Notes: generated by a model not told the origin, from the sequence alone. 46,875 bases of DNA from a virus (IMGVR_UViG_3300033068_001916); one strand, 5' to 3'. Shown: positions 9,720 to 16,275, counted from the stretch's first letter. Numbers and translations are program-made.

Positions 9720-9801
9720 CGACTGGGTATATGTGAAGTACCCAACGACAGACTTAATAATTAGTAGAAACTTTATGGGGTATTTCACATATACCTTGTT
9801 A
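9717..9801 (+). repeat. attC-like site H5 (85 bp)
   Basis: ggtatatgtgaagtaccc pairs with gggtatttcacatatacc. Confidence 0.85.
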
Positions 9802-9816
9802 TAAAACGTTTATTTT

Positions 9817-10104
9817 ATGGTAGAATTTAAAAATCCTTTGGTTAGGGTAAGATGTTTGGAATGTAGAGAAGAACATTTTATTGAAATGAAACATATTGGA
9901 ACTGATAAAGAACAAAGAAGTATTGGTTTTGAATATGAACACATATATAGAGGTGAATTAAAATGTTCTCATTGTGGGGAAGATATGAGATTATTAACAA
10001 CGATATTTGAATTTCCAAAAGTATTTTTAAATTATCACGAAACGAATAATGAATCTTGTTTAGTGATGGATGATATTACAGATGATTCGTTAAATGTTTT
10101 ATAA
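9817..10104 (+). CDS. Cassette ORF C6, zinc-ribbon protein
   Basis: CLEC...CSHC; flanks gttataaaacGttta and taaaTgttttataac. Confidence 0.7.
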   Translation: MVEFKNPLVRVRCLECREEHFIEMKHIGTDKEQRSIGFEYEHIYRGELKCSHCGEDMRLLTTIFEFPKVFLNYHETNNESCLVMDDITDDSLNVL

Positions 10105-10361
10105 CGTTTTGCAAATAGGCTTAGTAAAATTAAACTTAATGAAATATAATTATGAAAGGCAAATTACGAGAAATTCAAGCATACAGTAGTAATTCAAGTG
10201 ATGAATTGGATTATAAAAATAAATACTGGTTTCATCAATGGATTGGAAAAACAACTGCTTTAATTGAAGATGAGCATGGGAAATTGATAAAAGCTAAACA
10301 CACAGAATTTCGTTTTAAGACGGATGCTGATGTTTAATTTTATTGAGCCTATTTGCTGTTA
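10102..10361 (+). repeat. attC-like site H6 (260 bp) with an ORF in its loop
   Basis: gcaaataggcttagtaaaattaaac pairs with gtttaattttattgagcctatttgc (two G:T). Confidence 0.8.
10152..10337 (+). CDS. ORF inside the loop of H6, hypothetical
   Basis: 61 aa; the stop is supplied by the right arm. Confidence 0.6.
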   Translation: MKGKLREIQAYSSNSSDELDYKNKYWFHQWIGKTTALIEDEHGKLIKAKHTEFRFKTDADV

Positions 10362-10386
10362 TGGCATCGTTTTAATGTACCATAAC
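10358..10386 (+). other. Empty 29-bp inter-site segment C7
   Basis: gttatggca-tcgttttaatg-taccataac. Confidence 0.8.
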
Positions 10387-10497
10387 GGTTTGCAGATAAA
10401 AGCAGTTTTAAACTAAAATTAAATAATATGGACGAAAGTAAAATTATGGAAGATAACTCAAATAGAAGTGATGAAAAATTGCTTTTATCTGCTGTTA
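10383..10497 (+). repeat. attC-like site H7 (115 bp)
   Basis: gcagataaaagcagtttt pairs with aaaattgcttttatctgc; contains ATG 10428. Confidence 0.85.
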
Positions 10498-10682
10498 TGC
10501 GTAGTGCTTCTGAAATAGAAGAACGACTACGATGTGCGTTGGCTGGATTTGAACACTCAAAAGAATGTGGTGATATTGAAACAGCAAAAGAATATCAGAA
10601 AGACGCTGGTGTTCTATTTTGGGTGTTGGGTCGTAGTGGTAGTTATGAATATAAGGATGGTAAAATTACGTTGTGTGATTAG
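10428..10682 (+). CDS. Cassette ORF C8 with hairpin-encoded leader
   Basis: Reads through GTT as Val (LSA-VMRS). Confidence 0.7.
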   Translation: MDESKIMEDNSNRSDEKLLLSAVMRSASEIEERLRCALAGFEHSKECGDIETAKEYQKDAGVLFWVLGRSGSYEYKDGKITLCD

Positions 10683-10691
10683 CATTACGCA

Positions 10692-10820
10692 TAACGTTTT
10701 GCAGCTTCATTTCAGTTGCGTACCTAAGCACAAAGAAAACAAATAATCACTTAATAAAATTTAAAAAAATGAACAATTCAGATACAAACCAAGCGAAGCA
10801 ATTGAATGAAACTGCTGTTA
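10692..10820 (+). repeat. attC-like site H8 (129 bp)
   Basis: gcagcttcatttcagttgc pairs with gcaattgaatgaaactgc; contains ATG 10769. Confidence 0.85.
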
Positions 10821-11071
10821 ACAGTAGTATTTTTTATAACGCTTTTATAGGTAAAAAAGATTCAAACGGAATTGAATTAAAAAACGGAGATAATATAATT
10901 ATTGAGGTTTGTAAGCCTGATGGTGCTAATAGAAATGGAGTTTACCACAAAGGACAAATAATATATGAAAATTGTTCTTTCTCAATTAAAATGAAAAGAA
11001 GTGAAGAAACATTTGATACAAATCCTTTATCAAATTATGCTTCATATTGTAAAATAAATTTAAACAATTAA
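10769..11071 (+). CDS. Cassette C9 ORF a with hairpin-encoded leader
   Basis: Reads through GTT as Val (ETA-VNSS). Confidence 0.7.
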   Translation: MNNSDTNQAKQLNETAVNSSIFYNAFIGKKDSNGIELKNGDNIIIEVCKPDGANRNGVYHKGQIIYENCSFSIKMKRSEETFDTNPLSNYASYCKINLNN

Positions 11072-11075
11072 TAAA

Positions 11076-11261
11076 ATGGACTTAAGAAAACAATTCAAAG
11101 TTACAGACGATGTAGATAATAAAAGATTCGTCTTTGATTCAGTAGACAATAATTCTTGTTCTTATACGGTTGCGTATTACGAATGTGATTCTGACGAGTC
11201 TAATGCTTGGATTTGTGTTTGGAAAGCGAAAAAAGGAGAAATTGAACGAGCTTCTGTTTAA
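11076..11261 (+). CDS. Cassette C9 ORF b, hypothetical
   Basis: Second ORF within one segment (gttaacagtaGtatt ... aataTtactgttaac). Confidence 0.6.
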   Translation: MDLRKQFKVTDDVDNKRFVFDSVDNNSCSYTVAYYECDSDESNAWICVWKAKKGEIERASV

Positions 11262-11270
11262 TATTACTGT

Positions 11271-11318
11271 TAACGTCTGATGATAAACAATCGTTTTAAT
11301 GTTGTTTATCATTTGTTA
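11271..11318 (+). repeat. attC-like site H9 (48 bp, minimal)
   Basis: atgataaacaa-tcgttttaatg-ttgtttatcat. Confidence 0.8.
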
Positions 11319-11385
11319 TGTGTAGTTATCATTCTGGAAACATCTTATAAAAATACAGATATAATAAACAAAAATAAATAAATAT

Positions 11386-11907
11386 ATGAAACTAATAAAC
11401 GAAACTTTCTTAATTGATACCTTTGATAAAGTATTAAAATCAGGTGATTTACAAAAATTGGTAAATGTTAAAAAATCAGAATCTAATGAATTAGAAGAAC
11501 ATTTGATTTCTATTTCAATTACTTCTGATCAACATAAATTGATTAGATCCCTGAATATAGATGAAAAAACGGAAGAGTATCTATTATCTGAGCTCAAAGA
11601 TTATTTTTTCAAAAAAATACTAGATTTTGTTTATTCCAACTCGACAATATTAGATAAGAACGAGTTGTATCAGAATATAGATAATCAAATAGTGATAGGT
11701 AGTTCTGGTGCAATTATGGATATTCCTGAAAATGTATCTACGATTTTAGATTATAATAAAAGTTTCAGTGACAAAACATTAGTAGTCACAGATAGTGTTG
11801 ATTTAATTTTAGATTACAATTCGATAAAAATACAAACAATTGGTATGGGAGGATTTGCTCCTAAGATGATTTTGAAATTTAGTTTTTGTTTAGCTGACAC
11901 AGAGTGA
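11386..11907 (+). CDS. Cassette ORF C10, hypothetical
   Basis: 173 aa; flanks pair at 16/18 plus two G:T. Confidence 0.7.
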   Translation: MKLINETFLIDTFDKVLKSGDLQKLVNVKKSESNELEEHLISISITSDQHKLIRSLNIDEKTEEYLLSELKDYFFKKILDFVYSNSTILDKNELYQNIDNQIVIGSSGAIMDIPENVSTILDYNKSFSDKTLVVTDSVDLILDYNSIKIQTIGMGGFAPKMILKFSFCLADTE

Positions 11908-11917
11908 TAATTACACA

Positions 11918-12046
11918 TAACGATACTCAGATATATTTAGGTTTTCATTTTTAATATATACTAAAAATAATTTAACAATATGAAAAATAATAAACATGTA
12001 GAAAGTTTCGGAAAATTCAATGAAAACTTGAATATATCTGATGTTA
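11918..12046 (+). repeat. attC-like site H10 (129 bp)
   Basis: tcagatatatttaggttttcatt pairs with aatgaaaacttgaatatatctga; loop contains ATATATACTA and ATG 11980. Confidence 0.85.
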
Positions 12047-12228
12047 GTGAGAGTAAAAAATCAAATCTAAAAATAAATAAATTTCTTGAGGAATTAACAA
12101 TAATATCTCAAAAGTATAATATTTATTTAGATACAACTGATGATATGTTTATGACTGATGATAGTGGTGATATTGGTAGTATTAAATATGACGACAATCT
12201 AAATAAATATATTTATCAGAAATATTGA
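11980..12228 (+). CDS. Cassette ORF C11 with capsid-targeting-like leader encoded by H10
   Basis: MKNNKHVESFGKFNENLNISD-VSES. Confidence 0.7.
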   Translation: MKNNKHVESFGKFNENLNISDVSESKKSNLKINKFLEELTIISQKYNIYLDTTDDMFMTDDSGDIGSIKYDDNLNKYIYQKY

Positions 12229-12242
12229 TTTTTAATTATCAC

Positions 12243-12360
12243 TAACGTTCGATGGCTTGTAGCAGAACGTATAATTAAAAACAAACATTACAGACACAAA
12301 AGAATTATTAACCAACGATGGCAAAGTAGCCTAAAGTAGTTTTGCTACAAACCATTGTTA
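12243..12360 (+). repeat. attC-like site H11 (118 bp)
   Basis: atggcttgtagcagaac pairs with gttttgctacaaaccat. Confidence 0.85.
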
Positions 12361-12374
12361 TAAACAGTTATTTT

Positions 12375-12680
12375 ATGATTATAGTAAACTATTACCGAGA
12401 AGAAGATTGCAACCCTGAAACAGATGGTTATCATTTGCATTTAGCTGGTGTAATAAACGATACTTTAGATTTGCAATATGATATACAATTAATTACAGAT
12501 TGTATTGATAACGATATTAATTTTGAACCTAAAAATGGTATTTTATACGAATTACAATTGACAAGAGCAACTATTCAAGCAGACCCAGTTGATGAGCCAG
12601 CTTTTGCAATTAGAGAAATTATTGAATTAAAAAGATGTAAACATACTGGCGAATTTTCTCCTGAGTTAGTTCGGCTATAA
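12375..12680 (+). CDS. Cassette ORF C12, hypothetical
   Basis: ATG 12375 (track ORF starts at TTG 12342). Confidence 0.65.
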   Translation: MIIVNYYREEDCNPETDGYHLHLAGVINDTLDLQYDIQLITDCIDNDINFEPKNGILYELQLTRATIQADPVDEPAFAIREIIELKRCKHTGEFSPELVRL

Positions 12681-12687
12681 TTGTTTA

Positions 12688-12816
12688 TAACGTTCGAGTG
12701 CTTTACGTCCGTTGTGGTTAAATAAGCACTAACCTTTCCTGTTATCACGAAACAAAACTGATGCAAAACAAATTTAATATTAAACCTAAACCCACAATGG
12801 CGTAAAACACTTGTTA
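12688..12816 (+). repeat. attC-like site H12 (129 bp)
   Basis: agtgctttacgtccgttgtgg pairs with ccacaatggcgtaaaacact. Confidence 0.85.
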
Positions 12817-12841
12817 TGCCTAGTGCTTAAAATCAGAAATT

Positions 12842-13096
12842 ATGCAAACAAAAAAAGGATGGCATAAATCAGGACTTGATTTAACAGAATATTTAGATGA
12901 ACCTTGTGAAATTAACGAGGAATTATTTAATTACATACTAGAATGTACAGCTCCACAATATTTAGATTACGGATTAGGACAAACTGGAGAAGCTGAAAAA
13001 CACGAAGATGGTGTTGGATATTATATGACAGTTTCTTTCGTAAATAACAAGCACTTTTATTTAGGAATTTTACCAGAGTTCGTTCAGTCGCATTAG
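12842..13096 (+). CDS. Cassette ORF C13, hypothetical
   Basis: Flanks gttatgcctaGtgc and gcaTtaggcataac. Confidence 0.7.
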   Translation: MQTKKGWHKSGLDLTEYLDEPCEINEELFNYILECTAPQYLDYGLGQTGEAEKHEDGVGYYMTVSFVNNKHFYLGILPEFVQSH

Positions 13097-13099
13097 GCA

Positions 13100-13228
13100 T
13101 AACGGACGGCGTGTATGAGAAGTGGCGTGCCCACAAACACTAATATTAACTAAAAAACACTAACAAACCCAATAAATACAGTATTTAACAAGTGTGCCCA
13201 AAGTAGCCATTTTTTATACACGATGTTA
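13100..13228 (+). repeat. attC-like site H13 (129 bp)
   Basis: cgtgtatgagaagtggc pairs with gccattttttatacacg. Confidence 0.85.
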
Positions 13229-13258
13229 GTAGCTGTGTTTATTAAAGAATTTTAAAAT

Positions 13259-13483
13259 ATGGGAGATTTATTAGAATTAATGCAAGAATTTGAAAAAAGA
13301 AACAACACTTCAATATCCTTAGATTTATGTAGTGATGGGTCAGGAACTTTAAAAGAGTTTTGGGATGGTGATGAAATAAAATCGTTTGAAAATTCGTCTG
13401 AATTACGCTCGTTTTTAGCGAACGGAAAATTGAAAATGAAAGATGGTCGTTCTGTTAAACCTATTAAGATAGTGGCTCAATAA
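13259..13483 (+). CDS. Cassette ORF C14, hypothetical
   Basis: Flanks gttagtagctGtgtt and aacaTagctactaac. Confidence 0.7.
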   Translation: MGDLLELMQEFEKRNNTSISLDLCSDGSGTLKEFWDGDEIKSFENSSELRSFLANGKLKMKDGRSVKPIKIVAQ

Positions 13484-13492
13484 CATAGCTAC

Positions 13493-13618
13493 TAACGTTT
13501 TGCTACTACAAGCAGTAGCGTGCTGAAAAGCCTAAATTATCGGAGTTTGCCCGAACAAAGCAAGTGCAAAAAAATAATAACCAAAGCCAAATGAAGCTAT
13601 TGATTGTAGTAGCTGTTA
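13493..13618 (+). repeat. attC-like site H14 (126 bp)
   Basis: gctactacaagcagtagc pairs with gctattgattgtagtagc. Confidence 0.85.
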
Positions 13619-13645
13619 TACAACGGTTTTTAAACATCATTAATT

Positions 13646-13915
13646 ATGAAAACTAATAAACAATATAGATTTAAAGACAATCCAAAAGAAAAAGAATTTC
13701 ACGATAAATTCAAAGAAATGTTTGAAAGTAACGGAGTGACAGATAAAACTCTTTCATCAATAGTTTTTGGATGGAAAGATGATAGACAAAATGTTCCTGC
13801 AAAATATCTAACAGAAAAAGAAAAAGATATTTGCTTAAATATAATACAATGGTTAGGTTCTCCTGTTGGAAGCGGATTTCTTCGTGACTGCGGATTTTCT
13901 GAAACTGTTGTATAA
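13646..13915 (+). CDS. Cassette ORF C15 (recombinase-proximal), hypothetical
   Basis: Flanks gttatacaacGgttt and aaacTgttgtataac; stops at the TAA of TAAC. Confidence 0.7.
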   Translation: MKTNKQYRFKDNPKEKEFHDKFKEMFESNGVTDKTLSSIVFGWKDDRQNVPAKYLTEKEKDICLNIIQWLGSPVGSGFLRDCGFSETVV

Positions 13916-13968
13916 CTATATTATATATGTAATAAAATGTAACCCGTTAATTTTCAACAAGTTATATA
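13913..13968 (+). other. Candidate attI-like insertion site
   Basis: TAAC not followed by the usual hairpin; contains aaaatgtaac-cc-gttaatttt and a GTTA 8 nt before the recombinase ATG. Confidence 0.45.
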
Positions 13969-14772
13969 ATGAAAAATCAAAAAATTATAAAGATCTGTAA
14001 AGAAAAGTTTATATATTTAAACTATTCACCTAGAACAAGAGATAATTATATATCTCACATAAAACATTTTTTAGAAAGCTTAGAGGATAAACAGATCGTA
14101 CATTGTAATTCTTCTGATTTTCAATCATATTTGGATAATTACGACTTTACATCAGTCTCTCAACAAAACCAAATTATTAACTCTATTAGATTCTTATACA
14201 AAGAAGTATTGAATAAAAAGTATGATAAAGTTTCCTTTAGGAGGCCTAGATCCGAAAAGAAATTACCTAAAGTAATAGATGGTAATTTTATTAAAAAACA
14301 ATTAGGTAGTATTAAAAATCTAAAACATAAAGCGATACTCACCTTAACATATTCAGTCGGATTAAGAGTCTCCGAAATAGTAAATCTAAAAATTATAGAT
14401 ATTGATTCTAAAAGAATGTTAATTCATATAAAAAATGCTAAAGGTCGAAAAGATAGAATTGTACCTTTATCTCAAATTGTTTTAGAACTATTAAGAGAAT
14501 ATTTCAAAGAATATAAACCAAAAGAATTCTTATTCAATGGTCAAAACTCCCTACAATACTCAGTAGGGAGCTGTCAAAAGATTTACAAAAAGTATATCGA
14601 TAATAAATCATCTATACACACTTTAAGGCATTCCTCATTCACAAATTTATTAGAATCGGGGACAGATTTAAGAATAATACAGAAGATTGCGGGACATTCG
14701 AGTTCAAAAACAACAGAAATTTATACTCACGTTTCTAACAACCTTTTATCCAGGGTTAAATTACCAATATAA
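13969..14772 (+). CDS. Tyrosine recombinase/integrase, compact Xer-like, putative cassette integrase
   Basis: Intact catalytic set: GLRVSE, AKGRKDR, HTLRH, AGH, EIY; N-terminal SAM-like region YSPRTRDNY; no IntI insertion. Confidence 0.95.
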   Translation: MKNQKIIKICKEKFIYLNYSPRTRDNYISHIKHFLESLEDKQIVHCNSSDFQSYLDNYDFTSVSQQNQIINSIRFLYKEVLNKKYDKVSFRRPRSEKKLPKVIDGNFIKKQLGSIKNLKHKAILTLTYSVGLRVSEIVNLKIIDIDSKRMLIHIKNAKGRKDRIVPLSQIVLELLREYFKEYKPKEFLFNGQNSLQYSVGSCQKIYKKYIDNKSSIHTLRHSSFTNLLESGTDLRIIQKIAGHSSSKTTEIYTHVSNNLLSRVKLPI

Positions 14773-16214
14773 TGACTACGAAGAGAAAGAAAAAACCAAT
14801 AGTTGATATAGATGTTCTAAATTCAGATCAAAGGGAAGCTTTTGAAAATCTGAGAGACTTTATATGCGACACCAGTGACGAAAATGTTTATGTTCTTAAA
14901 GGATGGGCAGGTACAGGTAAAACATTTTGTATAAGTGTTCTTGTTAGGTACATTTTAGAAGTCGTTCATCCCAAAAGTGCTTGGTATAAGATAGCTGTAA
15001 CCGGACCAACAAACAAGTCGGTTAGAGTTATAAAGAAAACTAGTAATCTTAGGAATCCTAGAGTTACGTTCCAAACTATACACAAACTTCTTGGACTAAC
15101 AGAGAAGATAACAAATGATGGGCAACAGGTTTTTGTGAATCAGGGGAAAAATTTCAAACCTCAGATCAACTCGATTAAGCTTTTAATTATAGATGAGGTT
15201 TCAATGCTTAATGATGAACTTTTCCACGAGGTTCTTAAATATAGAGACAAGCTAAAGATTATCTGTATGGGAGATCCCGCACAAATCCCGCCGGTTGGAA
15301 AACCTGACTGTATTCCCTTCAGAGACGAGCTAGCAGATGTATATGGTATAAAAACTATCCAGCTGAAAAGAATAATGAGACAGAAGGAGGGTAATGCAAT
15401 AATAGAATCATCCGTTAAAATTAGAGAGGATCTTTGGTCTGAAAGAAATCCGGTTCCCACAGTTACGTCTTTGAATAGCCTAGGTGAGGGTGTAGAATTT
15501 TTAAATCTCAACGATAGTGAAACCAGAAAAGGATTTGGTGATATACTTTCCAAATATTTTAAATCTGAAGAATTCAACAAGGATCCTGAATATTGCAAAA
15601 TAATCGCATGGAGGAATAAAACTGTTACCAGCATGAATAACATCGTCAGAAGGATTCTTTTTGGCGAGGAAGAGAGTAAAACAAAAATTTTGGTAGGTGA
15701 GAAATTGATTGCCAATACACCTATAATCATACAGGGAAATCTTATATTATTTAATACCAATGATGAATTTTCAGTTGAATCGACAAATATAAGAGAAAAA
15801 AATATGGCTCTTAAAACATTCTCCCCCGTTGTCGAGGTTAAACTAAAATATTATGATGCAGTTGTTAGTTATCTGAATGACGAAGACGAGATTGAAAAAA
15901 CATCAATAGAGATTCTCCACGAGGACAGTCAGATCGAATTTGCTAAGATTGCAAATCTTCTTAAATTGAAGGCGATAGAAAAAAAAGGTAGAGACAGGAG
16001 CTGGCTTGATTATTATGATTTTATGAGAAACTTTGCTGATGTGAGCTTTGCATATGCTATAACTGCACACAAAAGTCAGGGAAGTACATATAACACGACA
16101 TTTGTAATTGAGGATGATATCGACGAAAACTATAATGTCGTTGAAAGAAATAGGATTAAGTATACTGCTTATACAAGATCAAGCAAGAAAGTTTATGTTT
16201 TAAAAAGATTTTAA
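14772..16214 (+). CDS. dda: SF1B DNA helicase, Dda/RecD2-like
   Basis: GWAGTGKT, IIDEVSM, GDPAQIPPV, YAITAHKSQGST, YTAYTR. Confidence 0.85.
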   Translation: MTTKRKKKPIVDIDVLNSDQREAFENLRDFICDTSDENVYVLKGWAGTGKTFCISVLVRYILEVVHPKSAWYKIAVTGPTNKSVRVIKKTSNLRNPRVTFQTIHKLLGLTEKITNDGQQVFVNQGKNFKPQINSIKLLIIDEVSMLNDELFHEVLKYRDKLKIICMGDPAQIPPVGKPDCIPFRDELADVYGIKTIQLKRIMRQKEGNAIIESSVKIREDLWSERNPVPTVTSLNSLGEGVEFLNLNDSETRKGFGDILSKYFKSEEFNKDPEYCKIIAWRNKTVTSMNNIVRRILFGEEESKTKILVGEKLIANTPIIIQGNLILFNTNDEFSVESTNIREKNMALKTFSPVVEVKLKYYDAVVSYLNDEDEIEKTSIEILHEDSQIEFAKIANLLKLKAIEKKGRDRSWLDYYDFMRNFADVSFAYAITAHKSQGSTYNTTFVIEDDIDENYNVVERNRIKYTAYTRSSKKVYVLKRF

Positions 16215-16232
16215 TTTATTATTTTTTTATTC

Positions 16233-16253
16233 CGAATATTTTGTATATGTTTG
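16233..16253 (+). promoter_or_regulatory. Bacteroidota-type promoter (CG-N11-TAnnTTTG)
   Basis: TATGTTTG 16246-16253. Confidence 0.7.
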
Positions 16254-16275
16254 CAAAATAAAAATAAAAACATTT

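Larger units (their letters stand above)
7924..13968 (+). mobile_element. Integron-like gene-cassette array
   Basis: 15 GTTA...TAAC segments, 11 of the 13 ORF-bearing ones with mutually complementary 13-22 nt ends, separated by 14 TAAC...GTTA imperfect hairpins; abuts a tyrosine recombinase gene. Confidence 0.88.

Noticed and set aside
7924-13968. CRISPR array
   Set aside because: The repeats are not identical direct repeats, spacing is hundreds of bp and contains ORFs, and no cas genes are present.
7924-13968. Simple series of intrinsic terminators
   Set aside because: The stems lack U-tails, have long loops, are bounded by fixed TAAC/GTTA cores, and several ORFs read through them.
13961-14790. 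Recombinase gene itself being a cassette (starts GTTATATAATG)
   Set aside because: No complementary ...TATAAC end was found after the gene; its stop overlaps the helicase start.
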